A stretch of DNA of 64,000 nt from an uncultured Actinomycetes bacterium (GTDB lineage: Bacteria > Actinomycetota > UBA4738 > HRBIN12), in the NCBI GenBank assembly GCA_963823255.1, contig CAWGKU010000006.1, positions 57,904 through 121,903 on the forward strand. Direction: 5' to 3'. Of the stretch, positions 29,689 through 40,874 are shown piece after piece (positions within the stretch are counted from its first letter, which is position 1; the number at the start of each line of letters is the position of its first letter). The translations under genes and the position numbers were made by a program. The notes beneath the pieces were generated by a model that was not told where the DNA came from, did not search any database, and worked only from the letters and a program-made list of their open reading frames with translations.

Positions 29689-30123
29689 TCAGGCCGGCTG
29701 CTTGGTGGTCCGCGGCCTCGCCAGGAGCCCGCCGATGCGCGCGACGAGGTCGGGCGTGTCGAACGGCTTGATCACGTAGTCGTCGGCGCCGACCGCGAAG
29801 CCCTCGAGCCGGTCGGCCGACAGCCCCCGGGCGGTCAGCAGGATCACCTTGGTGCCGGCGGTGCGCTCATCCATCCGCAACTGCCTCGTGAGCTCGAAGC
29901 CGTCCATGTTCGGCATCATCACGTCGGCCAGGATCAGATCCGGGCAGCGCTCGAAGGCGAGTTCGAGCGCCCGGTCGCCGCTCCCGGCCGTGCGTACGTC
30001 GTAGCCGGCCGCCGAGAGCTCGATCTCGAGCAGGCGGGCGATGAACGCGTCGTCGTCCACGACGAGCAGGGAGATCCCCGCCGGCGCGCGGAACGGTGCC
30101 TGGAGCGCCTCGGTCGACATCAT
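29689..30123 (-). CDS. single-domain response-regulator receiver (CheY-like)
   Basis: [14 protein letters not shown]...[18 protein letters not shown]...KVILLTARG...[10 protein letters not shown]. Confidence 0.65.
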   Translation of the reverse strand: MMSTEALQAPFRAPAGISLLVVDDDAFIARLLEIELSAAGYDVRTAGSGDRALELAFERCPDLILADVMMPNMDGFELTRQLRMDERTAGTKVILLTARGLSADRLEGFAVGADDYVIKPFDTPDLVARIGGLLARPRTTKQPA

Positions 30124-30245
30124 TCAGGAATCGACACGTCGGGCGTCCGGGTGAAGGTCCCATCGGGTCTTTCGGGGCGGCGCCTCGGGAGAACGGGTGG
30201 GGCCGTTCGTGGGAGGATGAGGCGACCCGACCCCTCGGAGGGTGA

Positions 30246-31613
30246 GTGGACGTACTCGACACGGTGCTCGACGCGGTCGGCGACACGCCGCTCGTCCGGC
30301 TCGACAAGGTCGCCCGGAGCGTCGAGCCGACCGTCCTCGCCAAGCTCGAGATGCTCAACCCGGGCGGCAGCGTCAAGGATCGCATCGGCCTTCGGATGAT
30401 CCAGGCGGCCGAACGCGAGGGCCGCCTGAAGCCCGGCGGCACGATCGTCGAACCGACCTCCGGCAACACGGGACACGGTCTCGCGATCGCGGCGGCGATC
30501 CGCGGGTACCGCTGCATCTTCGTGATGCCGGACAAGATGAGCCAGGAGAAGATCTCGCTCCTGCGGGCCTACGGCGCGGAGGTCGTCATCTGCCCCACCG
30601 CCGTCCCGCCCGAGTCCCCCGAGTCCTACTACCGCGTCGCGGACCGCCTGGCCGAGGAGATCCCGGGCGCCTACCAACCGAACCAGTATTTCAACGCCGA
30701 GAACCCGGCCGCCCACTACGAGACCACCGGCCCCGAGATCTGGCGACAGACCGATGGCTCGATCGACGTCCTGGTGGCCGGGGTGGGCACCGGAGGGACG
30801 GTCACCGGCACCGCTCGGTACCTGAAGGAGCAGAAACCGGACCTGCTCGTGGTCGGTGCGGACCCCGAGGGATCGATCTACTCGGGCGACGTCCACCCGT
30901 ACCTGACCGAGGGCATCGGCGAGGACTTCTGGCCCACGACGTTCGACCCGTCGCTGGTCGACCGCTACGTGCGGGTCTCGGACCGCGACGCGTTCCGCAT
31001 GGCGCGCAGGATCACGCGCGAAGAGGGGATCCTGGTCGGCTCGTCCTCGGGGACCGCGGTCGTCGCCGCGCTCACGGTGGCCGCCGAGCTCCCCGGCGGG
31101 ACGACGATGGTGGTGATCCTTCCCGACACCGGCCGCAACTACCTCTCGAAGGCGTACTCGGACACCTGGCTGCTGCAGTACGGCCTGATGGAACGTCCCG
31201 AGATCGTCCGCGTCGAGGAGGTCCTGTCCGCCAAGCACGGGCACGTCCCGCCGCTCGTCACGGTCAACGCACACGCGAAGGTCCGCCAGGCGATCGACGT
31301 CCTGCACGAGTTCAACATCTCGCAGGCGCCGGTCGTCCGGGAGGAAGGGGTCGACGTCGCGCAGTTCGTCGGGGGTGTCCACGAGACCTCGCTCCTGGAC
31401 CGGATCTTCCGCGACCCGGACGCACTGCAGGCCGACGTCGCGGAAGTCATGGGGCCGCCGATCGGCCTGGTCGAGTTCGACGCGCCGATCGAGCTCGCGT
31501 TCGAGACCCTCCAGCACGGTCCCGCCGTCCTGGTCGAGAAGGCGGGGCAGGTGCTCGGCGTCCTGACCCGCAGCGACCTCCTCGAGTTCCTGGCGCACCG
31601 CTCCCGCGTCTGA
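30246..31613 (+). CDS. cbs: cystathionine beta-synthase (PLP fold type II plus tandem CBS domains)
   Basis: LEMLNPGGSVKDRIG...TSGNTGHGLA PLP signature; two C-terminal CBS domains. GTG 30246 follows GGAGGG. Confidence 0.75.
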   Translation: MDVLDTVLDAVGDTPLVRLDKVARSVEPTVLAKLEMLNPGGSVKDRIGLRMIQAAEREGRLKPGGTIVEPTSGNTGHGLAIAAAIRGYRCIFVMPDKMSQEKISLLRAYGAEVVICPTAVPPESPESYYRVADRLAEEIPGAYQPNQYFNAENPAAHYETTGPEIWRQTDGSIDVLVAGVGTGGTVTGTARYLKEQKPDLLVVGADPEGSIYSGDVHPYLTEGIGEDFWPTTFDPSLVDRYVRVSDRDAFRMARRITREEGILVGSSSGTAVVAALTVAAELPGGTTMVVILPDTGRNYLSKAYSDTWLLQYGLMERPEIVRVEEVLSAKHGHVPPLVTVNAHAKVRQAIDVLHEFNISQAPVVREEGVDVAQFVGGVHETSLLDRIFRDPDALQADVAEVMGPPIGLVEFDAPIELAFETLQHGPAVLVEKAGQVLGVLTRSDLLEFLAHRSRV

Positions 31614-31614
31614 C

Positions 31615-32463
31615 GTGCGCGCCCTGGGGATCGACGTCGGGGTTCGCAAAGGACTGGACCTCGTGCTGCTCGACGGCGACCGGGCGGTCCTGGACACCGC
31701 GCGGCACGTCAACGTCGACGACCTGCACAAGCTCGTGCCCGATTTCGGCCCCGACGTCGTGGCGATCGACGCGCCTCCGACGTGGGCCTCGTCGGGCCGC
31801 TCCCGCCTGACCGAACGCGAGCTGCGGTGGTTCGGGATCCAGTGCTTCAACACGCCGTCGGATCCGAAGATGGCCGAGCATCCCTTCTACGAGTGGATGA
31901 CGATCGGGTTCCAGGCGTTCCGCTCGATCGAGGACGCGTTCCCGCGGTACCGCAGCGGGTCCGTGAAGGGCTCGGCGATCGAGGTGTTCCCGCACGCGAC
32001 CGCGGTGGTGCTGTCGGGGTTCTTGCCGCCCAAGAGCATGAGCCCGCACGCGTGGCGGCGGACGATCCTGCTCGCGCAGTCGGTCGACGCCGGCACCCTC
32101 CGTTCGTCCGACCAGGTGGACGCCGCGCTCGCGGCGCTCACGGGCCTGTTCGCCCTCGAACGCCGGTTCAGCGCGCCCGGCGACCCGAAGGAGGGCAAGA
32201 TCGTCCTGCCGGCCGCGACGCTCCCCGCCCATCCGTATCGCCGGGCCACCGCCCCCACCCGCGAGCGCGACCAGCCCTCGCTCCCAGGGCTCGCGGCGTG
32301 CGCCTGCGGGGACCCCGGGTGCACGGCGCTCACCGGTCGCGAGTTCGCGCCCGGGCACGACGCCAAGCGCAAGTCGGCGCTGTGGGCCCGCGCCCGCCTG
32401 GGGCAGGACGCGGTCGACGAGCTGCAACGGCGGAAGTGGGCGATCCCACCGGAGATGCGATGA
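31615..32463 (+). CDS. DUF429-family protein (predicted RNase H-like fold)
   Basis: MRALGIDVG...VVAIDAPP pattern. GTG overlaps the cbs stop and its own stop overlaps the cgl ATG (ATGA). Confidence 0.5.
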   Translation: MRALGIDVGVRKGLDLVLLDGDRAVLDTARHVNVDDLHKLVPDFGPDVVAIDAPPTWASSGRSRLTERELRWFGIQCFNTPSDPKMAEHPFYEWMTIGFQAFRSIEDAFPRYRSGSVKGSAIEVFPHATAVVLSGFLPPKSMSPHAWRRTILLAQSVDAGTLRSSDQVDAALAALTGLFALERRFSAPGDPKEGKIVLPAATLPAHPYRRATAPTRERDQPSLPGLAACACGDPGCTALTGREFAPGHDAKRKSALWARARLGQDAVDELQRRKWAIPPEMR

Positions 32464-33600
32464 GCGAGGACCCGATGCGGTTCGAGACGCGGGCGATCCA
32501 CGTCGGCCAGGACCCCGACGCCGAGTTCGGCTCGGTCAACGTCCCGATCTACCAGACCTCGACGTACGCGCAGCCGGCGGTCGGCAAGCCGAAGGCGTGG
32601 GACTACGCGCGCGCCGGCAACCCGACGCGCGAGGCGCTTGCAGCAGGTGCTCGCCTCGCTCGAGGGCGGCTCGAAGGGCCTCTGCTTCTCGAGCGGCCTG
32701 GGGGCGACGACGACGCTGCTGCTGACGCTGAAGCCGGGCGATCACGTGCTGATCTCGGACGACGTGTACGGCGGGACGTACCGGTTGCTCGCCCGGGTCA
32801 TGGACCGGTGGGGTCTCGAGTTCGACACGGTGGACATGACCGACCTCGTCACCTGCCGCTCCGTCGTACGGGAGAACACCGCGCTCGTGTGGGTCGAGTC
32901 CCCCACCAACCCCTTCCTGAAGGTGATCGACATCGCCGCGGTCGCCGACCTCGCGCACAAGGCGGGCGCGCGGTGCGTCGTGGACAACACGTTCGCGACG
33001 CCGTACCTGCAGCGACCGCTCGAGCTCGGCGCCGACGTCGTGTTGCACTCGATGACGAAGTACCTCGGCGGGCACTCGGACCTGATCGGCGGCGCGCTCG
33101 TGACGAGCGACGACGAGCTCACCGAGCGCCTGTCGTTCCTCGTGAACGCGGCGGGCGCCGTCCCCGGCCCGATGGACTGCTACCTCGCGCTCCGCGGCGT
33201 GAAGACGCTCGCCCTGCGGATGGAGGCGCACTGCCGGGGCGCGAGGCGGATCGCCGAGTTCCTCCAGGGTCACCCGAGGGTCACGCGCGTCCACTACCCC
33301 GGGCTGCCCGGCCACCCGGGCTTCGAGGTCGCGGTTCGGCAGATGCGGGACTTCGGCGGCATGGTGAGCTTCGAGGTCGAGACACGCGACGAGGCCATCC
33401 GAGTGGCGGAGTCCACGAAGCTGTTCTTCCTCGCCGAGTCGCTGGGCGGCGTCGAGTCGCTGATCGAGCTCCCCGGCCCGATGACCCACGCGAGCGTCAC
33501 CGGATCGCCGATCGAGGTCCCCGACACGCTGATCCGGCTCTCGGTGGGGATCGAGCACCCGGAGGATCTGGTGGGCGATCTCGAGCACGCGCTCGGCTAG
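32460..33600 (+). CDS. cystathionine gamma-synthase/lyase (Cys/Met-metabolism PLP enzyme); apparent frameshift near 32637
   Basis: N-terminus MRFETRAIHVGQDPD...YARAGNPTREAL, then the frame changes to ...QVLASLEGG...SMTKYLGGHSDLIGG (the PLP-lysine region), ending at 33600. Confidence 0.65.
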
Positions 33601-34793
33601 GAGAGCGGCCCGTCCTTCGCCGACGCACGCCTCGAGGTGCAGGTCCTGTCAGGAACGCTGGACGGACACGTGCGCAGCCGATCGCGGACGGCGATGACGT
33701 CGAAGCCGCGACCGGCCGCTGGAACCCCTTGAGCGTGAACTCGCCGACCGGTTCCACTTCGACGTCGCTCTCGACCTCCGCGTAGGAGACGCTGCGCGAT
33801 CAGGATCTGGCCGGCCGTCGCTTCGTCGGCGAGCCGGGACGCGAGGTTCGTCACCGCTCCGATCGCCGCGTAGTCGGAGCGGCCCTCGAACCCGACCTCG
33901 CCGCAGGTCGCGTAGCCGAGCGCGATGCCGGCGCCGAAGCCGAGCTCGTACCCGCGCTTGCGCCACGCGCGGCGTCAGCTCCGCCATCTCCTCGCGGAGC
34001 GCGCACCCCAGTCGCACCGCTCGCAGCGCGGCGTCGGGGACCTCGTGGGGTCGTTGAAGAAGAGCTGGACGCCGTCGCCCTCGAGGAACCCGACGGTCGC
34101 GTCGAACTCGCCGCACGAGATCGCCGATCGTCGCGTGGAACTCGCCGAGCACCTGCATCAGCTCCTCGGGTTCGACCGCGTCGACGAAGCTCGTCCATCC
34201 GCGGAGGTCGGCGAAGACCATCGCGACCTTCCGGCGGTGGCTGCGGAGGATCGAGTCGTCACCCGACGAGACGATCGCGTCGGCGAGCTGCGGAGAGAGG
34301 AACCGCCGCAGCTTCCGCACCCGCTCGAGCTCCACGACCTGGGTCTCGCACGCGCTCTTCGAGCGTTCGGTTCAGCTCGGTGAGCTCCGCGGCCTGCGCC
34401 TTGATCGTGTCGTGGTAGCGCTTGATCCGAAGGAGCGAACGGACCCGCGTGAGCAACTCGTCGTGGTCGAACGGCTTCGCGATGAGATCGTCCGCGCCGG
34501 CCTCGATCGCCTCGGTCTTCTCCGCCGCGCTCGCCGTGACCATGATCACCGGCAGCACGGCGGTCTCGTCGCGCTCGCGGAGTCGCCGGCAGACCGCGTA
34601 GCCGTCCGGCTGCGGCATCACGACGTCGAGCAGCACCAGGTCCGGCTTCGCCGACTCCGACGAGCTCGAGCGCGCGCCGCGCCGTCGGTCGCCGAGACGA
34701 CGTCGTAGCCGCGCGGCGTCGAGGACGGCCTCGAGCAGCCGCACGTTCTGCGGGAACGTCGTCCACGACGAGGATCCTGGCGTCGCCGCTCAT
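33600..34793 (-). pseudogene. response-regulator receiver fused to a class III adenylate/guanylate cyclase; several frameshifts
   Basis: Pieces in three frames: MSGDARILVVDDVP / GYDVVSATDGAA / KPDLVLLDVVMPQPDGY...GADDLIAKPF / RRKVAMVFADLRGWTSF...GEFHATIGD / TNLASRLADEATAGQILIAQ / EPVGEFTLKGF. Confidence 0.5.
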
Positions 34794-34799
34794 CCGGCG

Positions 34800-35172
34800 C
34801 GTCCCTCGCAGTGCTGCCGCACGGTGCCGATGAGCTCCCGATGTTCACCGGCTTCGAGACGTAACCGTCGAAGCCCGCCGCCAGGAACCGCTCGCGGTCC
34901 CCCTGCATCGCCTGGGCGGTCACGCGCGAGCACCGGGATCGATGGCCGTGCGCTCGTCCGCCCGGAGCCGGCGGAGCGCCTCGACGCCGTCGAGGTCCGG
35001 GAGCTGGATGTCCATGAGCACGAGATCGGGCGCGTGCTCGGTCGCCAGCTCGACCGCCTCCCCGCCGGTCGTCGCCTCGAGCGTCCGATAGCCCGTCGCG
35101 ACGCAGGACGTCGCGGAACAGCTTCATGTTCATCTCGTTGTCCTCGACGACGAGGATCCGCTCGCCGGCCAT
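34800..35172 (-). pseudogene. single-domain response regulator with a compensating frameshift pair
   Basis: [23 protein letters not shown], junk, then TAQAMQGDRERFLAAGFDGYVSKP. The adjacent frame reads [20 protein letters not shown] for the junk stretch. Confidence 0.45.
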
Positions 35173-35174
35173 GG

Positions 35175-36756
35175 CTACGCCGACCCCACGGGCAGCGTGA
35201 AGACGAACGTGCTGCCCTTGCCGAGCTCGCTCTCGACCCAGATCCGGCCGCCGTGCAGCTCGACGAGCCGCTTCGAGAGCGCGAGCCCGAGCCGGTCCCC
35301 TCGCGCTGCTCGACCCCCGCCTCGGTCTGCTGGAACTCTTCGAAGATCCGCTCGTGATCCTCGGGCGCGATGCCCGGGACCGGTGTCGGCGACCGAGACC
35401 CTCACCTCGCCGTTGACCCGCGCGGCGCTCACGTCGACCGCCCCGCCCGCCGGCGTGAACTTCACCGCGTTCGAGAGCAGGTTGAAGATCACCTGCCTGA
35501 TCCGGCGCTCGTCGCCGTCGACGACGTCGACCTCCGGGTCGCGCCGCGAGCGTCGACCCGGACGCCGTCCTTCGTCGCCCGCTCGCGCACCATCACGACG
35601 CCGCGCTCGAGCGCCTCCCGCAGCGAGAACGGCGCCGACCTCGAGCTCGACCTGGCCGGCCTCGACCTTGGACAGGTCGAGGACGTCGTTGATCAGCGAG
35701 AGCAGGTGGTTGCCCGACGAGAGGATGTCGTCGAGGTACTCCGCCTGCTTCTCGTTGACCTCGCCGAACATCTCCTCGCGCAGCACCTGCGAGAAGCCGA
35801 TGATCGCGTTCAGCGGCGTCCGCAGCTCGTGCGACATGTTGGCCAGGAACTCCGACTTGTGCCGGCTGGTCGTCCTCGAGCTCCGTGTACAGGCGCCTGA
35901 GCTCGTCGTTCATCCGGTTCACGTTGGCCGCCAGCGCACCGAGCTCGTCGCGGTTCTCGACGTCGACGTGCCCGGAGAAGTCGCCCGACGGCGATCGCGG
36001 CCAGGCGGGCGTCGATCCGCTGGATCGGCCCGATCAGCGACCAGGAGAGGACGAACCCCAGCAGCAGCGCGAGGACGATCGCGCCCGCCGCGACGCCGAT
36101 GAAGAGGTTCCGCGAGCTCGCGTACGAGCTCGCGTTCTGGGCGATCAGGTCGTCGGTCTGCGCCGTCGTCGGCATTGGCGAGCTCGGTGGCGAGCTGGTT
36201 GAGGTCGATCGCGAGCCGCTCGGCCCTGCTGACGGAGGCGCGATCGCTCTCGCCGAGCGGCTCGCGCCTCGTCGAGCCGATGATCTCCTGCATCAGCGCC
36301 GAGAGCCGCCCGCTCTTCGCGCGGATCTGAGCGAAGGATGCTCTCGTCCTCGGCGGGAGGCACGAACCCGAGGCTGTCGACGCGGGTCGCCGGCCCGATC
36401 CGCGCGAGCGGCGTTCGCGATCGCCAGGTCGATCGCGACGCGGCTCGTTCCGCGATCGGTCGGAACTGCCGTCGGGCCGTTGACCTTGTAGAAGTCGCGC
36501 GCCGACGTTCTCCGCGAGGAGCAGCGCGAACATGCGACGGCGTCGCTCTGGAGCTTGCCGTAGGCGGAGGCTCGTTCCTGGAGCGCTCCGAGCGCTCCCG
36601 ACCCGGTCGTTCGACTGCCCGAGGACGCGCAGCCCGAGCAGCGCCGACCGCGACGAGCAGCACGGCGGTGCCCACGAACGCGATGAGCAGCTTGGTGTGG
36701 ACCTTGGCCGGCAGGCGGCCGACCGCGCGGACGAGCGGATCGTCGCCCCGGCTCAT
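35175..36756 (-). pseudogene. sensor histidine kinase (TM1 - periplasmic sensor - TM2 - HAMP - HisKA - HATPase_c); at least 5 frameshifts
   Basis: Ordered fragments across four track ORFs: MSRGDDPLVRAVGRLPAKVHTKLLIAFVGTAVLLV / LGALQERASAYGKLQSD / SFAQIRAKSGRLSALMQEI...LAIDLNQLATELA / LFIGVAAGAIVLALLLGFVLSWSLIGPIQRIDARL / [15 protein letters not shown] / [19 protein letters not shown]...[14 protein letters not shown]...[30 protein letters not shown]. Confidence 0.5.
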
Positions 36757-36818
36757 CGGCTGCCGCTTCTCGACGACGGCCTGCTCGCTGCCTCGCTGCC
36801 TGAGCGTCCGACAAGGGC

Positions 36819-37326
36819 TCAGGGGCTCAGCGTCGGTCGATCCCGCCGACCAAGTTCGTGATCAGCCAGCGTCCGTCGATCCGCGCGACGTCCATGATCG
36901 GCGACCGTGACCGACGCCACCTTGTCCGTCTTCGTAGTCGACGTAGTGGCACTCGAAGTGCAGCGTGCCCCGGTCGCCGTTGACCGTGATCTCGAGCTTG
37001 TACGCGGGGTGGTCCGAGACCAGTGGTCTCGGGCTCGAACGCCTTCGACTTCGTCGAGCCAGAACTGCCGGATCTCCTCCGTCCCGGTCGCGGTCTCCCC
37101 GGGACCGACGGTGAAGGTCGCGTTCGGCGCCCACAGGCTCATCATCAGGTCGATGTCCTGCTTCGTCGTCGCCTGGTGGAAGTTCTTCTCGATCTGGTCG
37201 ATCTCCCAGTAGATCGGCCTGCCGTTGCAGTGCCTGCTCGGACGCCGAGCTCGTGCTCGAGCCTCCGCAGGCCGCGAGCGAGACGACGATGACCGCCGAG
37301 GCACCGCCGATCAAGAGCGTCCGCAT
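36819..37326 (-). pseudogene. lipoprotein with NTF2/SnoaL-like domain; frameshifted
   Basis: ATG 37326 follows GGAAGGAGG. Lipobox MRTLLIGGASAVIVVSLAACGGS, then GRPIYWEIDQIEKNFHQATTKQDIDLMMSLWAPNATFTVGPGETATG in another frame. Confidence 0.4.
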
Positions 37327-37929
37327 GTCGGAGCCTCCTTCCGTTCGGGCTCGCCTGGCGACCGGCTCGTGACGATGTTCACATGCCGGCGCTGATCCGT
37401 CCAGCGCCAGCACGGCTGAGCTAGAGGAGCGTCCGCGCGTGCCAACCGTGCCCGCCTGCCGTCGACGGGGTGCTAGCACGGCGGTCGCGCGCAGCGCGCG
37501 ACTCGGTCACCCGCCGCGCTCGCGCAGTAGCGGCGCACCTGCTCCGGGAACGTCGCCGACGCTGATCGGCTTCTCGAGCCAGCCGGCGAACCCGGCCGCT
37601 TCGAGCCAGTCGTCGCTTCCCTCGAGCGGCAGCGCGCTCAGCGCGACGACCGGGATCGACGCCGTCCGCGCTCGTCCTCGCGAGCCGCCGCGCCGCCTCC
37701 GCCGTCCATGTCCGGGAGCCGGAGGTCCATCAGGATCACGTCCGGCAGGTGCTCGCCCGCGAGCGCGATCCCCTCGGCGCCGCGTCGCCGCCTCGAGCGT
37801 CCGGAACCCGGCCGCGCCGCAGCACGTCCCGGGCGAGCTTCCGGTTCTTCTCGTTGTCGTCGACGATCAGGACGAGCGACGCTCGTCCGGCCACCGGGCG
37901 TCTGGAGTCGGCTCGCCGTATCCTCGCCC

Positions 37930-38596
37930 ATGCCGATCCGGCTCGTGCTCGCCGAGGATCACTACCTCGTCCGCGAGGGCGTCCGGCGGCTGCTCGAGAC
38001 GCAGCCCGACCTCGAGGTCGCGGCCGTGTGCGGCGACCTCGACTCGCTGCTCGCCGCGGTCGGACGCCGAGCGGCCGGACGTCGTCGTCACCGACATCCG
38101 CATGCCGCCGGGCAACACCGACGAGGGGATCCAGGCCGCCGACGCGGCTGCGCGAGACGAATCCCGAGGTCGGCGTCGTCGTGCTCAGCCAGTACGCGAA
38201 CCCGAGCTACGCGCTCGCGCTCCTGGAGGGCGGCAGCGCGCGGCGCGCCTACCTCCTGAAGGAGCGCGTCAAGGATCTCGACAGCTCGTCGCGGCGATCC
38301 GCGCCGTCGCGGACGGCGGCTCGGTGATCGACCCGAAGGTCGTCGAGGCGCTGGTGGCGGAGAACGCCCGCGGCGAGGGTCGCCGCTCAACGAGCTGACG
38401 CCGCGCGAGCGCGACGTCCTGCGCGAGATGGCGGAGGGGAAGAACAACGCGGCGATCGCGGAGGCGCTCTTCCTGACCGAGAGATCGGTCGAGAAGGTGA
38501 TCCACTCGATCTTCCTCAAGCTCGGGCTCACGTGGGAGACGGCGGTCCACAAGCGCGTCAAGGCCGTGATCCTCTACCTGGCGGAGAGCGACTAGC
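37930..38596 (+). pseudogene. NarL/FixJ-family (REC + LuxR HTH) response regulator; at least 3 frameshifts
   Basis: MPIRLVLAEDHYLVREGVRRLLE / PDVVVTDIRMPPGNTDEGIQAA / VVVLSQYANPSYALALLEGG...KERVKDLD / LTPRERDVLREMAEGKNNAAIAEALFLTERSVEKVIHSIFLKLG spread over three frames. Confidence 0.5.
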
Positions 38597-39258
38597 GTCA
38601 TCGCGAGAGCGGGAGCGAGCCGAGACGCGGGTGCCGCGGCCGGGCTCCGACCGATCGTGCAGCCGGCCGCCGAGCGCCTCGACGCGGTCGCGCGAGGAGC
38701 GAGTCGGTCCGCGTCGGAGGTCGCCGTCCACGACGACCTCGAAGGCGAGCGCTCCGTCCTCTTCCTCCGCACCGTGATCGTCACCGTCGCGCCCGCGCCG
38801 GCGTGCTCGAGCACCTCGAGGCAGCAGAAGTAGACCGCCCCCGCGACCTCGGGCGGATAGCGCGCGTCCGCGGTGCGACCTCGATCCGGGCCGGGATCTC
38901 CGCGCTCGCCGCCGCCGAGCGCAGCGCCGCGGCGAGGCCGCCCGCCTCGAGCAGCGGCGGGTAGATCCGGTGCGCAAGCTCGCGCCGTCTCGTCCAGCGC
39001 CTGCTGGACGTCGCGCCCCATCTCTCGAGGAGCGCCTTCGCCGCCGCGGGATCGGCGTCCACCGAACGCGCCGCGAGCTGCAGGTTGACCGCGAGCGCGA
39101 CCAGGTGCTGCTGCAGGCCGTCGTGCAACCCGCTCGATCCCGCGGCGGTCGTCGTCGGCGGCCAGGACGAGCCGCTCCCGGGACGCGCGCAGCTCGTCGG
39201 CCTCGACCGCAACCGATCGAGGCTCGCACGTCGTCGGCTGCCGGTCCCCCTGGGCCAT
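38558..39258 (-). pseudogene. cytoplasmic HisKA_3 + HATPase_c histidine kinase (NarX/DesK type); frameshifted
   Basis: ELRASRERLVLAADDDRR / LHDGLQQHLVALAVNLQLAARSVDADPAAAKALLE / AHRIYPPLLEAGGLAAALRSAA / EVAGAVYFCCLEVLEHAGAGATVTITV / RVSA in different frames. Confidence 0.45.
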
Positions 39259-39514
39259 CGACTCCCTCCGTATCGATCAGCGGCCGTATCGATCACCGGC
39301 AGTTGACCGTTATCGCTCCGTTCGCGTCAAGCGGCAGCACCGTGGTGGCACGACGGGGCGCACCTCGCGGAGTTGCCCGGGCTCCACCGTAGAGCCGACC
39401 TCGAGCCACCTCCTAGCGTCGCTGCACACGACCAACGGGGCATCGCGCAAGGGGAAGGGAGGGATCTCTGCAGAAGGACAGTGCCGCGGACGACGTTGCG
39501 AAGGAGGAGAATCC

Positions 39515-40018
39515 ATGATCCGGAGAACCATGTTGGTGGCGATCGTAGGACTCGTAGCGTTGGGAGTCGGGCTGATCGGAAATGCCCTGGCCACGACGCC
39601 CAGCGGATTTACCGCAGAGACGGCCCGGGGACCTCTGGTCGACCGGCCACTCGACGTGAACTGGAAGTTCGCACCCGAGAGCAAAGTCAAGCTCCAGACA
39701 CAGGGCCCGATCGAGGTCGCGGTTCAGCGGGTCGTGATCGCCCCGGGCGGAACCCTTGGTTGGCACAGTAACCCGGGCCCAACCTTGGTCACGATCCTTC
39801 GGGGAACCATGAACTTCTACCACGCCGTGGACTGCACCATGGAGATCGAGTACAGAGCGGGACAGTCCTTCTCGAACCTGCCCGACGAGATCCACATGGC
39901 CAGGAACGAGGGAACCGAGGACCTGGTGGTGTACGCGTCCTACTTCGTGCCGGTAGGCACGCCACCGGTCGCCCTTCGGATCGACCAGCCGTCACCGGGC
40001 CCCGGTTGTCCACAGTAG
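39515..40018 (+). CDS. secreted cupin-domain protein
   Basis: ATG sits 7 nt after AAGGAGGAG. Signal peptide; cupin motifs VVIAPGGTLGWHSNPGPTLVTIL and HMARNEG. Confidence 0.55.
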   Translation: MIRRTMLVAIVGLVALGVGLIGNALATTPSGFTAETARGPLVDRPLDVNWKFAPESKVKLQTQGPIEVAVQRVVIAPGGTLGWHSNPGPTLVTILRGTMNFYHAVDCTMEIEYRAGQSFSNLPDEIHMARNEGTEDLVVYASYFVPVGTPPVALRIDQPSPGPGCPQ

Positions 40019-40027
40019 GAAGGTCAC

Positions 40028-40066
40028 GGACGGAGAGTGGGGCGCCGATCGGCGACCCACTCGGTC
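40028..40066 (+). terminator. stem-loop downstream of the cupin gene (imperfect ~16-bp stem around the perfect palindrome CGCCGATCGGCG), followed by a CT-rich tract
   Basis: GGACGGAGAGTGGGGCGCCGATCGGCGACCCACTCGGTCC then CTTCAGCCTTCTTCC. Confidence 0.3.
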
Positions 40067-40133
40067 CCTTCAGCCTTCTTCCGCACGGTGGTCTCGAACC
40101 GTCGTCAGGAAGGTCTGTGAAAGGAGCATTCCT

Positions 40134-40805
40134 GTGAGCGCGATCGCACGCACCAGCGCCGACCCGATGAGCGCGATCGAACAGCCCGAACGCGGACCCG
40201 AGTATCTCGGTGGCTCAGGCCTCGCTCGCCGCGCTTTCGATGGCCGCGGCGGCGATCCACTTCGCCGTCATGGGGAACACTTCGCCGAGTACGTGGCGTT
40301 CGGGGTGTTCTTCTCCGTCGTCGCCTGGTTGCAGGCCATATGGGCGGTCGGCGTGACCGTCCTGCCGTCGAAACGCCTCCTGCTTGTGGGGCTCGTCGGC
40401 AACGCCCTGGTCATCCTGGTGTGGCTCACCTCTCGGACGACCGGACTGCCGATCGGCCCCGAGTCGGGCGCTCCCGAGCCCGCCGCGTTCGTCGACGTCC
40501 TCTCGACGATCCTCGAGGTGGCGATCGTTGTGGGGACGGCCACGCTCCTGCTCCGCGGGCGACCAACGCCTTCGGTGCGCGGCCTCCCGGTCTGGCTCGG
40601 CCTCGCCGGCCTTGTCGTTGTGCTGGCGATGCTGACCACGTGGTCCGTGGCGGCCGGCGCGAACCCCGAAGGCGAGCATGGCATGGATCACGGTGTGGAC
40701 GACGGGGCGGCGATCGCCCAAGGGTCCGGGTTCGCCCGCGTGAACCTCGGGAACGGTGGGTGGTCCGTGCAGGTGCTCGTCGACGCCTCGGATGCCTTCG
40801 ACTAG
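40134..40805 (+). CDS. hypothetical membrane protein (4 TM helices)
   Basis: GTG follows AAAGGAG; hydrophobic core VAFGVFFSVVAWLQAIWAVGV.... Confidence 0.4.
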   Translation: MSAIARTSADPMSAIEQPERGPEYLGGSGLARRAFDGRGGDPLRRHGEHFAEYVAFGVFFSVVAWLQAIWAVGVTVLPSKRLLLVGLVGNALVILVWLTSRTTGLPIGPESGAPEPAAFVDVLSTILEVAIVVGTATLLLRGRPTPSVRGLPVWLGLAGLVVVLAMLTTWSVAAGANPEGEHGMDHGVDDGAAIAQGSGFARVNLGNGGWSVQVLVDASDAFD

Positions 40806-40874
40806 GTCATCTGTCGCAACGGCGATCAGCATCGCTCCTGCCGGGTTTCGGCGAACGCGAGGCTCTCGTTCGCT

